A program made the position numbers and the translations under genes. Below are positions 1 through 7,201 of a stretch of DNA of 32,000 bases, one piece after another. Source of the DNA: Thermosulfurimonas dismutans (GTDB lineage: Bacteria > Desulfobacterota > Thermodesulfobacteria > Thermodesulfobacteriales > Thermodesulfobacteriaceae); assembly GCF_001652585.1 (NCBI RefSeq), contig NZ_LWLG01000004.1, positions 83,464-115,463 on the forward strand, in the 5' to 3' direction. Numbering within the stretch: the stretch's first letter is position 1; the number at the start of each line of letters is the position of its first letter. Under the pieces are notes generated by a model. It searched no databases and had not been told where the DNA came from. It saw nothing but the letters and a program-made list of their open reading frames with translations.

Positions 1-760
1 CATCTCCTGGGTCGGTCAAAAACTTTATAAAAAATTCAGGGAGCTTTTGCGGAAATCTTGCAGGATGAGGTTTTACACCTACTATTTTACAACACCTTAA
101 ATATTGCGAATTACTTTCAGTATTTGGTATCTCAAGTAGGTTAGAAGGGATTGCTCCTCCCTTATTTTCAGAAAAGCGTTTACTTATGTTGTGTCCGGAA
201 GGCCTTTTTTTGGGAGAATAATATTTTTCACTATTCTGAAGAAGAATTTTCATTCTTTCAGAATAAGGAACTAGTACTTTAGTAACATTTGCTTTGGGAA
301 AATCGGATTTTGATAACCACCATATAGTATTAACAGCATCTTTAACACGAATTTTGCGTTTGTTGACCCATTCTATAGGAGATGGAAGTTTAGATGGATT
401 ATACCAAAAAAATTCTTCTGCTAAATTCCATCCCTGTTCATCGCAAAGTCTTATAAGAAGTCTATAGTTATAAAGTGAACGTACAGGTCTCCCTTTAAGA
501 TAAACTCCTCCGAGGTCAAGTACAAAACTACCTGTTTTTTTTAATACTCTCTTTACTTCAATGGTAAAATTTAAAAGCCAATCTATATATTCATTTTGAT
601 CTACATTGCCGTAATCTTTTTGACGTTGTAATGGAAATGGAGGTGAAGTTATTACAAGATCTATCGATTCTTCTGGTAGGAATTTAAGTAAACTCAAAGC
701 ATCTCCTACATAAGCTTCCCCTAAACGCGTTTTATACAACAATTTGAACGAAGATTTCAT
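1..760 (-). CDS. DNA methyltransferase, beta-class (motif IV before motif I), probably N4-cytosine specific. Partial: the 3' end lies left of the window.
   Basis: Not in the supplied ORF track because it runs off the edge. Hand translation of the - strand from ATG 760-758 gives 253 uninterrupted codons: MKSSFKLLYKTRLGEAYVGDALSLLKFLPEESIDLVITSPPFPLQRQKDYGNVDQNEYIDWLL...VKPHPARFPQKLPEFFIKFLTDPGD. DLVITSPPF is the catalytic (S/D)PP(F/Y) motif. FLTDPGD at the window edge looks like the start of the AdoMet-binding motif I. The SPPF form is typical of m4C enzymes. The start overlaps the stop of the upstream gene (ATGA at 757-760). Confidence 0.85.
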   Translation of the reverse strand, partial: MKSSFKLLYKTRLGEAYVGDALSLLKFLPEESIDLVITSPPFPLQRQKDYGNVDQNEYIDWLLNFTIEVKRVLKKTGSFVLDLGGVYLKGRPVRSLYNYRLLIRLCDEQGWNLAEEFFWYNPSKLPSPIEWVNKRKIRVKDAVNTIWWLSKSDFPKANVTKVLVPYSERMKILLQNSEKYYSPKKRPSGHNISKRFSENKGGAIPSNLLEIPNTESNSQYLRCCKIVGVKPHPARFPQKLPEFFIKFLTDPGD

Positions 761-2226
761 AAATTCTCCTCTAATCTCCAAATCCAGCTTGACATTATTT
801 TCCAAAATACAGTCACAGCAAAATATACCTCTTTATCTTTCATCTTAATTTGTTCCATTCCATTGATATATCTCTGGGGATCCTGCATACCAATAATATA
901 AGCAACCCATTTCCGAGCTTCTTCATCAGTCAAAAGATCTAACATTTCTTCGAGTCTAAATTTTCCTGTCTGGCTTAATGCCCATGCTATTCCTGCTCTT
1001 TCTAATTCATTACTTTCTGAAAATTTTTTTATTATTTCAAAAGTAAATTGTCGAGCAAGTTTACTTAAAGCCCTAGCAGCTTCAATTTGTATATTTTTTT
1101 CAGTGGCATTAAAAGCTTCAATGAGTGCATCTATAGCTCTTTTGTTGCTCAGTTCTCCAAGAGCCCAAGCCGCTCCAGCACGTATTTCTGCATCTTGCTT
1201 CTTATCTAAAAGAATTTCTATTAACATTTGGCAAGAAGCATCATTATTAATTTCTCCTAATATTATCACAGCTTCTAATCTGCATTCTAAAGAATCATTT
1301 GTTAAGCATTGTTTAATAAATTCATATCCAATATCATTTCCTTGTCGAAATAGACTTGCGGCTGCTTCAAGTTTTATAAGGAAATGTTCATATTGATCTT
1401 TAAGTTTCTTAACAAGAAGATCAGTAATCTCGGAAGAATGAAAAAAAGCAAGGGCTTTTATAGCAGCATATTTATTAGTTAATAATGAACTAGAGAGCCA
1501 CTTTATAAAATCTTCTTCTGAAAATAGCCTCTCACATGGCAAAGTTGAGGTTACAGGAACTACAGAAGCTATGATCTGATTTTTAGTAATCTTTTCACCT
1601 TCTTTGACCAAAGGCTTCAATCTTTTGTTTTGCTTCCAAAGTTTTAAAGGTATAATTCTTCCGTTACTTTCTTTTCGATATTTCAACCGATCAGACTCAA
1701 TTGATATAACAGTCCCGGCTGCCGAAGCAATACTTGCCGGCCATTGTATTCTCATCTCAAAACCTTCTTCTGCTCCTTTTGGTTGGGTTAAAATGGTAAG
1801 ATTGTTTTGGTGGGCTAATCGTAAATCTCTAACAGACACATATTGAATAGGACCGTCTATTTCCCAAGATAATGGATTATTTCCTATTTGTTTGCATGCA
1901 ACAAATGCAACAAAATCGTCATCTTTTAAGCCATAATCCCATTTCCGATTTTGATTAGATTCAGAATGAGACATAGAAATTTCAAGTTTACTTTTTGCTC
2001 TACATTCAATACATCTTCCGCATTTTATACAAAGCAAATCAGGAACTCTAATGCGTTTAATTTTTATCTTTTTCCAAATTTTAAAGCTCATTGATCCTCG
2101 TTCTAATTCAATAGGCTTATGTTCTAACTTTTTTAAATGATCAAAGATAGCTATGGTTCCTGTTGCGCCAAGAGAAATTTTTTTTAAAAAACTCTCATCA
2201 GATTTAAATGCCTTTCTATTCGCCAT
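757..2226 (-). CDS. 489-aa protein with an N-terminal Cys-cluster/nuclease-like domain and C-terminal HEAT (PBS-lyase type) repeats. Candidate endonuclease or effector partner of the methyltransferase.
   Basis: Track ORF. The N-terminus has RVPDLLCIKCGRCIECRAKSK, which reads as PD...ExK-like residues interleaved with a CX2CX2CX2C cluster. The C-terminal half has repeated HEAT_2-like units (AEIRAGAAWALGELSNKRAIDALIEAF, IQIEAARALSKLA, ERAGIAWALSQTG). It is AT-rich like the methyltransferase and its stop overlaps the methyltransferase start by 4 nt. Confidence 0.7.
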   Translation of the reverse strand: MANRKAFKSDESFLKKISLGATGTIAIFDHLKKLEHKPIELERGSMSFKIWKKIKIKRIRVPDLLCIKCGRCIECRAKSKLEISMSHSESNQNRKWDYGLKDDDFVAFVACKQIGNNPLSWEIDGPIQYVSVRDLRLAHQNNLTILTQPKGAEEGFEMRIQWPASIASAAGTVISIESDRLKYRKESNGRIIPLKLWKQNKRLKPLVKEGEKITKNQIIASVVPVTSTLPCERLFSEEDFIKWLSSSLLTNKYAAIKALAFFHSSEITDLLVKKLKDQYEHFLIKLEAAASLFRQGNDIGYEFIKQCLTNDSLECRLEAVIILGEINNDASCQMLIEILLDKKQDAEIRAGAAWALGELSNKRAIDALIEAFNATEKNIQIEAARALSKLARQFTFEIIKKFSESNELERAGIAWALSQTGKFRLEEMLDLLTDEEARKWVAYIIGMQDPQRYINGMEQIKMKDKEVYFAVTVFWKIMSSWIWRLEENL

Positions 2227-2274
2227 CTTATGATACTCCTTTTTTAGTACGCATTCTCAATAAGATGCGAGTTT

Positions 2275-2910
2275 TTAGTACTTCTTGATCTTCTGGCACA
2301 CCACGCCCACGATTTCGTGCTCGTCGGTCAATTCGATTTCCGGGTATTTTGGATTCAGGGGGCGGAGGATCCGCTTGTCGCCGTAAACCTTGAGTTGCCT
2401 CAGCACGGCCTCGCCCCTGCCGTTGCACGCCACCACGTAGCTCCCGGAGATGGGCCTGCGGGTGGGGTCCACCACAATGATGTCCTCCTCCGTGAACTCG
2501 GGCTCCATGGAGTCGTCGTTGACTCTCAGGGCGAAGGCTCGCGGGCTCGCAGGGATCACCTCCACCCAGTCCCAGTGCTCCTCAGAGGCGCGGTCGGCCA
2601 CCTTGAGGCCGTGGGAAGAGAGCTCTGTAGCTCCCCAGGTTTTGATCCAGCTCCAGGGGACCACCGGCACCTTCTCAACCCTCCTCACCTCAAGCCCCGC
2701 GGCCTCGGCAACCTCCTCAAAGGGCACCCCGAGGCCCAGGGCCAGCTTCTTCAGCGTTTCCACCTTGGGCTTTCGCTCGCCACGCTCAAGGAGCCGGATG
2801 TACTTCTCCGAGAGCCCGCTCCGCTTCGCGAGCTGGTTTATGGAGAGCCCCGCCTCCTCCCGCTTCCTGCGCACCCATTCGCCGAAGCTCACAGCCACAC
2901 CTCCTGACAT
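2275..2910 (-). CDS. CI/LexA-like repressor (XRE helix-turn-helix plus S24 peptidase autocleavage domain)
   Basis: The N-terminus LSINQLAKRSGLSEKYIRLLERGERKP is an XRE HTH. The C-terminus has ALRVNDDSMEPEF (catalytic Ser) and VLRQLKVYG (Lys), the S24 dyad. It is divergent from a Cro-like gene. Confidence 0.9.
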   Translation of the reverse strand: MSGGVAVSFGEWVRRKREEAGLSINQLAKRSGLSEKYIRLLERGERKPKVETLKKLALGLGVPFEEVAEAAGLEVRRVEKVPVVPWSWIKTWGATELSSHGLKVADRASEEHWDWVEVIPASPRAFALRVNDDSMEPEFTEEDIIVVDPTRRPISGSYVVACNGRGEAVLRQLKVYGDKRILRPLNPKYPEIELTDEHEIVGVVCQKIKKY

Positions 2911-2934
2911 TTGTCCTATCCAAAAACTTTTCTC

Positions 2935-2963
2935 TTGACAATTTCGGACTTTTGTCCGATAAT
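2935..2963 (+). promoter_or_regulatory. Sigma70-type promoter P1: TTGACA (2935-2940), 17-nt spacer, GATAAT (2958-2963), with an operator in the spacer
   Basis: Consensus -35 and near-consensus -10 read directly. The predicted start site falls at about 2970, which is the ATG of the Cro-like gene, suggesting a leaderless mRNA. Confidence 0.55.
2944..2959. promoter_or_regulatory. Operator O1, palindrome TCGGAC-TTTT-GTCCGA
   Basis: Perfect 6-bp inverted arms inside the P1 spacer. The same 16-mer family recurs at 3177, 8656 and 8921. Confidence 0.6.
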
Positions 2964-2969
2964 AAAACC

Positions 2970-3206
2970 ATGTCCACCGTTCACTTTAATCCGGAGGTCC
3001 TGAGGAGGCTAAGGGAGGAGATGGGGCTCACCCGCGCCGAGCTTGAGGCCAGAAGCGGCGTGGACCGGGACACCATCTACGCCTGGGAGAGTGGCCGAAG
3101 GACGCCCTCGGCCCGGAGGCTGGCCCAGGTCGCCCAGGCCCTCGGCGCAAGGCTCGACGATTTTTTTGGCCCGTGTTCGGACTTTTGTCCGCAAAAAGAT
3201 GGCTAG
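2970..3206 (+). CDS. Cro-like XRE-family HTH regulator
   Basis: MSTVHFNPEVLRRLREEMGLTRAELEARSGVDRDTIYAWESGRRTPSARRLAQVAQALG is a classic HTH_3 pattern. The track starts it at TTG 2952, but that lies inside the promoter, so ATG 2970 is preferred. Confidence 0.8.
   Translation: MSTVHFNPEVLRRLREEMGLTRAELEARSGVDRDTIYAWESGRRTPSARRLAQVAQALGARLDDFFGPCSDFCPQKDG
3177..3192. promoter_or_regulatory. Operator-like palindrome O2, TCGGAC-TTTT-GTCCGc
   Basis: 11 of 12 arm positions match O1. It sits 6 nt upstream of the repO-like ATG (3199), which has no Shine-Dalgarno sequence. Confidence 0.5.
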
Positions 3207-4071
3207 CCCCCAGGTGGAAAACGGCTACACCAGGATCGCGAACGAGCTCCTGGAGGCCCTCTGCCGGGCCAGGCTCGGGAGCCGGGAGCTCAAGGTAGTG
3301 CTGGCGGTGGTGAGGCTCACATACGGCTTTTTGCGCAAAGAAAACACCATCTCCCTGGGAAAGCTTGCGGAAATGACGGGGTTGAGAAGAGAGAGGCTCT
3401 CAGAAGTGGTCAAAGCCCTTGAGCGGAAAAATGTCCTGCGGGTCAGCAAGGAAAATGGCCGGCTGATCCTGGGACTGCAAAAAGACTACTCCAAGTGGAC
3501 GGGAGGGGTGTCCCAAAAACGGGGTACCCCAAAATTGGGACTGTCCCAAAAAAGGGTGTCCCAAAAACGGGGAACAGGGTGTCCCAATTTTGGGGAACAG
3601 GGTGTCCCAAAAAAGGGGAACACCCACACCCCTCAATCCCTTGAGTCTCAAGCGTTTCACGGCCCCCTAAAGAAAATATATAAAGAAAACTTTAAAGAAA
3701 CATCATCTATCTACAGAGAGGACGACTTCAAAGAAGTGATCTCCAAGTGGGAGGAGGTCTTCGGGGAGGCGTTTCCCCTTGAGAGGGCGCCGGAGAGCGT
3801 GAGGGCGGCGGACTTCATGCTTTACCTTCACGAGGCCGGGAGGCTCCCCGCGGTGAAGCGCCCCTCGGCCTACCTGAGAAAGCTTGCCGCGAGCGAGCTT
3901 GAGCCTTTCCCGAGCCTCGCCGAGCGGCGGGCCGCGGCCCGGGACGCAGAGGAGCGGATGCGCGAGCTCAACCGCCAACAGCTCGCCAAGCTCTACGCCC
4001 GCATGATGGCCGAGGGCTGGCCGGTCGAGGTCCCCGAGGAGCTCAGGCCCCTTGTGGCCCAAACCCAATAG
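3199..4071 (+). CDS. Phage replication protein O-like initiator
   Basis: MASPQVENGYTRIANELLEALCRARLGSRELKVVLAVVRLTYGFLRKENTISLGKLAEMTGL matches the Phage_rep_O N-terminal winged-helix pattern. A low-complexity linker is encoded by the iteron DNA. The track ORF begins upstream at 3043, and the internal Met at 3199 is chosen instead. Confidence 0.8.
   Translation: MASPQVENGYTRIANELLEALCRARLGSRELKVVLAVVRLTYGFLRKENTISLGKLAEMTGLRRERLSEVVKALERKNVLRVSKENGRLILGLQKDYSKWTGGVSQKRGTPKLGLSQKRVSQKRGTGCPNFGEQGVPKKGNTHTPQSLESQAFHGPLKKIYKENFKETSSIYREDDFKEVISKWEEVFGEAFPLERAPESVRAADFMLYLHEAGRLPAVKRPSAYLRKLAASELEPFPSLAERRAAARDAEERMRELNRQQLAKLYARMMAEGWPVEVPEELRPLVAQTQ
3505..3714. repeat. Candidate replication origin: 5-6 iterons (core TGTCCCAAAAA; the last three are tandem 22-23 bp units GGGTGTCCCAAWWWWGGGGAACA) followed by an AT-rich stretch (3668-3714)
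   Basis: TGTCCC cores at 3509, 3542, 3557, 3580 and 3603, plus a variant TACCCCAAAATTGGGA at 3525. Downstream is taaagaaaatatataaagaaaactttaaagaaacatcatc. The architecture mirrors lambda ori inside gene O. Confidence 0.6.
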
Positions 4072-4105
4072 GGGTTAAGTGAAAATTTTCACAAAGGGGG
4101 TAAGC

Positions 4106-4300
4106 ATGGTGGAGCACGAGATCAAAAAGCTCATGGCGGAGTTCGGGCCGGAGGCTGTGCTCAGCGCCGTCTCCGAGGCCCTCTCCCGCTGGGTGAGGGT
4201 GACCGGCAGGTGTCTTCTGACCGGGCGCAGGCTTGCCCACGAGAAGATCTGCGGCTACTGCCGCCGGTGCCCGGTGAAGCCCCTTGAGAGGAGGGCCTGA
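4106..4300 (+). CDS. Small hypothetical protein (64 aa) with a C-terminal CxxCxxC cluster
   Basis: GGGGG Shine-Dalgarno 6 nt before ATG 4106. The stop overlaps the rusA start. Contains EKICGYCRRCP. Confidence 0.5.
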   Translation: MVEHEIKKLMAEFGPEAVLSAVSEALSRWVRVTGRCLLTGRRLAHEKICGYCRRCPVKPLERRA

Positions 4301-4791
4301 TGCTTGCGGTCTTCGTGCGAGGGGTGCCCAGGCCCCAGGGGCGGCCGCGGATCGTGCGCTTCGCGAACGGGAAGGCCGGGCTCAAGGACCCGGAGGCCAG
4401 CCGGGACTGGAAGAACTACGTGCGGATGTGCGTGGCCGAGAGGGTGGCCGAGCCCCTCTCCGGGCCGGTGGCCCTGGAGCTCTGGTTCTACCTTCCAGTG
4501 CCGAAAAGTTTCTCAAGGAAAAAGCGTCTTGCGGCCCTTTCCGGGGAGATCCTACCGGCCAAAAAGCCCGACCTCGACAACCTGGTCAAGGCGGTGCTCG
4601 ACGCCATCCTGGGGGTGGCCGTGCTCGACGACCGGCAGATCGTGGAGCTCCGGGCTGGAAAGCTCTACGGGGCCGTGCCCGGGGTGGAAATCGTCGTAAA
4701 GGAGCCCGGGGAGTCCAGCTCAAAATCCCTTGAAAGGAGGAACGGATGCCGAGCTACACCCACGAGTTTGCTATCCGCTGCGTGGCTCTGA
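4300..4791 (+). CDS. rusA: RusA-family Holliday junction resolvase with a long C-terminal extension
   Basis: GRPRIV...LELWFYLPVPKS...KKPDLDNLVKAVLDAILGVAVLDDRQIVEL carries the RusA catalytic Asp motifs. Confidence 0.85.
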   Translation: MLAVFVRGVPRPQGRPRIVRFANGKAGLKDPEASRDWKNYVRMCVAERVAEPLSGPVALELWFYLPVPKSFSRKKRLAALSGEILPAKKPDLDNLVKAVLDAILGVAVLDDRQIVELRAGKLYGAVPGVEIVVKEPGESSSKSLERRNGCRATPTSLLSAAWL

Positions 4792-4976
4792 AGGAAAAGA
4801 GCGACCAGAACGTAGTGGAGGTCAAGCTTGAGATGGTGGTGCGGGACACGGAGGACCTCTCCTTCATCATGGACCTGGTGCGCCTCAAGCAGTTGCCCCT
4901 GGTCACGGTGAGCTTCCACTCGCCGCAACAGAGGCTTCCCCTGGAGGGAAAGGTTGAGTCTCGCCCTGCTAATTAG
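4746..4976 (+). CDS. Hypothetical protein (76 aa)
   Basis: Strong Shine-Dalgarno (GAAAGGAGGAACGG-ATG). No recognisable motif. Confidence 0.5.
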   Translation: MPSYTHEFAIRCVALKEKSDQNVVEVKLEMVVRDTEDLSFIMDLVRLKQLPLVTVSFHSPQQRLPLEGKVESRPAN

Positions 4977-5565
4977 CCTCGCCCTCCTTGCGGCGGCCCC
5001 GGCCCTGGCCGAGGACCCGGTGTCCTTCATCGTGGCCCGGAGCCCGGAGCTCTCCGAGCTTTCAAGCTTCAACCGGAGCCGGCTCTCCAACCTCACGGTC
5101 AAGCTCCGGGGCACGGTAAAGCAGGGCCAGGAGACGCTCTCCGGCCTCACGGCGGAGGAGAGGGCCCGGGTCGGCTACGACCTCAGGCTCATCGCCGAGC
5201 TCCCGCTTTTCTCGCCCAAGGAGCGCCTGGAGATGAGGCTCAGGGAGCTCAGGCTCAGGCGGAGGGTGCGCCAGGAGGCCGCTAGAGCTGTGGCCCGCTA
5301 CCGGAGCCTCAAAAAGACCGTGGCCAGGAGGCAGGCCCTGGTCGCCGCCGTCCGGGAGGAGTGCCTCTGGCTCAAGCGCAGGGTGGAGGCCGGGCTTGAG
5401 CCCTCGGAGCGGGTCATCTCCTGCGTGAAGGAGCTTGAGGGCCAGAAGGAGAAGCTCGAGACGCTCCGGGAGGAGCTCTCCGAGGCCCTTGAGACCGTGC
5501 TCTCAATGGTGGGGCCGGGGGACAGGGAGCGCCTCAAGGAGATCCTGGATGCGGAGGATCGTTAG
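4954..5565 (+). CDS. Secreted coiled-coil protein with a signal peptide
   Basis: TTG start preceded by GGAGGG. The N-terminus LALLISLALLAAAPALA-EDP looks like a signal peptide with an AxA cleavage site. The rest is Arg/Glu/Leu-rich heptad-like sequence. Confidence 0.55.
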   Translation: MSLALLISLALLAAAPALAEDPVSFIVARSPELSELSSFNRSRLSNLTVKLRGTVKQGQETLSGLTAEERARVGYDLRLIAELPLFSPKERLEMRLRELRLRRRVRQEAARAVARYRSLKKTVARRQALVAAVREECLWLKRRVEAGLEPSERVISCVKELEGQKEKLETLREELSEALETVLSMVGPGDRERLKEILDAEDR

Positions 5566-6184
5566 CTCGTTTCAGAGGATCGGCCGGAGGTTCTACGGCA
5601 CGGTCTCGGTTAAGGCCTTCGGCCGCAGGGTGGATCACTTCCGGCTCCGGGCCGGGATGAGCGTGCTCATCGAGGGCGGGCCGCTTTCCGGGAAAACGGC
5701 CTTCCTGCGGCGCCTGGCCTCTCAGCTCGCCGAGCTCCGGGAGCCCGTAATCTTCATTGATGCCACTTCCCCAGTGACCAAGTGGCTCTCCGAGGTCACG
5801 CCCCCGGTGCCCCTGAGCGCGAGGAAGGCCCTCTCCTGGAGGCTTGCGAACCTGCCGGAGCGGTTCTACCTCCTTCTCGACAACGCCGAACGGGTGGCCG
5901 ACGGCCAGAAGCTGGAGGTGGTGCTGGAGCTCCTGGCCAGGGCCCGCACCGCGGTGGTGGCCGGGCGATCCTACTCCTCCCTCCACCCAAGGCTCCAGGC
6001 CCGCCTGCGTGAGGCCAAGGTGGTCTCCCTGGGTTGCGGGGCCGACACCTTCGACGCCACCTACGTGCTCGTAGCCGTGCTCATCATCTTGGTGGCGCTC
6101 TCCGGGATGCACCACCTGGTGCTCCTGGCCGCGGCCGTGCGCTACCTCTTCCAGGGGATCAGGATCGGGGGCCGAAGGATATGA
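5549..6184 (+). CDS. P-loop ATPase with a C-terminal transmembrane anchor
   Basis: Walker A is IEGGPLSGKTAFL and Walker B-like is FYLLLDNAE. The C-terminal hydrophobic helix is VLVAVLIILVALSGMHHLVLLAAAV. Internal ATG 5549 has an AAGGAGA Shine-Dalgarno, and the track ORF starts earlier at 5435. Confidence 0.6.
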   Translation: MRRIVSSFQRIGRRFYGTVSVKAFGRRVDHFRLRAGMSVLIEGGPLSGKTAFLRRLASQLAELREPVIFIDATSPVTKWLSEVTPPVPLSARKALSWRLANLPERFYLLLDNAERVADGQKLEVVLELLARARTAVVAGRSYSSLHPRLQARLREAKVVSLGCGADTFDATYVLVAVLIILVALSGMHHLVLLAAAVRYLFQGIRIGGRRI

Positions 6185-6777
6185 CCTGGCCGAGCCACAT
6201 CCTCATGGGGATCGCGCTTGCCAAGGGCTTCGACCTTTCGCTTCCCTGGTGCGTGGCCGGGAGCCTGTTTCCGGATCTTGCCGAGATGCTTGCGAGGCGC
6301 ATCGTGGTCCGGGGGAAAGCGGTCTTCGTCGGCCTCCCCCAGATCGCCCACCGCACCTACACCCACTCTCTGCTCTTCGCCGGGCTTTGCCTCCTTGCAG
6401 GCTGGGGAATCTTCCCGATCCGGAGCTTCTTCGCCGGGGTGCTCTTTGGGCACCTGCTTCTCGACGCCCTCACCGTGATGGGCGTTCCGGTGGTTGACGG
6501 GAGGCACCGCAGGGTTACCCTTTTCGGAGGGAAGATCCGCACGGGGTCGCTCGCCGAACTCGTGGCGGTGCTGGCCCTCGCGTTCACCACCTACGCCGTG
6601 GCCCCAGCCGTGAAGGTCGGTGGCCTTGAGGACCTCTACCAGCAGGGGGTGATAGACAGGTATGAGTACGAAAAGAGAAAGAAGGCCCTTTTCGATCTTC
6701 TTCTTTGGCGCCACTCTGGCCCTCCTCCTTCTCGGCACCTTCCTCCCTCTGTGGAGCGCCTACTCGAAGAGCCTTGA
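6181..6777 (+). CDS. DUF457/YdjM-type membrane-bound metal-dependent hydrolase fused to a SHOCT domain
   Basis: MTWPSHILMG, FPDL, HRTYTHSLLF and GHLLLDALTVMGVP are YdjM-family signatures. LEDLYQQGVIDRYEYEKRKKALF matches SHOCT. ATGA overlap with the upstream ATPase gene. Confidence 0.7.
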   Translation: MTWPSHILMGIALAKGFDLSLPWCVAGSLFPDLAEMLARRIVVRGKAVFVGLPQIAHRTYTHSLLFAGLCLLAGWGIFPIRSFFAGVLFGHLLLDALTVMGVPVVDGRHRRVTLFGGKIRTGSLAELVAVLALAFTTYAVAPAVKVGGLEDLYQQGVIDRYEYEKRKKALFDLLLWRHSGPPPSRHLPPSVERLLEEP

Positions 6778-7201
6778 GGCCCGGGTGGTTAAGGTTTACG
6801 ACGGGGACACGGTAACGGTTCTGCTGGGTGGGCGGCGCGAGAGGGTCCGTCTCATCGGGATAGACTGCCCGGAGCTCCGTCAAAGGCCCTGGGGAAAGCG
6901 CGCCAGGGACTTTCTGAGGCGGCTCGTCCTGCACCGCACCGTGCGCCTGGAGCTGGATGTTGATCCCTGGGATCGCTACGGGCGCCTCCTGGCCTATGTG
7001 TGGCTTGACGGCGAGCTCGTGAACGAGACCCTGGTCAGGGAGGGGCTCTGCCTGATCTACACCGTGCCGCCCAACGTGAAGCATGCGGAGAGGTTCCGGG
7101 AGGCCCAGAGGTGGGCCAGGGAGCACGGCCGGGGCTTCTGGGCCGAGGGCGGGCTCTCGGAAACGCCCTACCAGTGGCGCAGGCGCCACCGCAGGCACTA
7201 G
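6662..7201 (+). CDS. Membrane-anchored staphylococcal-nuclease (SNase/thermonuclease) homologue
   Basis: N-terminal TM helix FSIFFFGATLALLLLGTFLPLW. Then VVKVYDGDTVTV...RVRLIGIDCPE...DRYGRLLAYVWLDGELVNETLVREGL, the SNase fold signature. Confidence 0.85.
   Translation: MSTKRERRPFSIFFFGATLALLLLGTFLPLWSAYSKSLEARVVKVYDGDTVTVLLGGRRERVRLIGIDCPELRQRPWGKRARDFLRRLVLHRTVRLELDVDPWDRYGRLLAYVWLDGELVNETLVREGLCLIYTVPPNVKHAERFREAQRWAREHGRGFWAEGGLSETPYQWRRRHRRH

Noticed and set aside
2317-2938. + strand ORFs 2317-2907 and 2450-2938, and - strand ORFs 2228-2428 and 2786-2977
   Set aside because: They are antisense to, or out of frame with, the well-supported CI-like repressor gene. Their Pro/Arg/Gly-rich translations are typical of GC-rich shadow ORFs.
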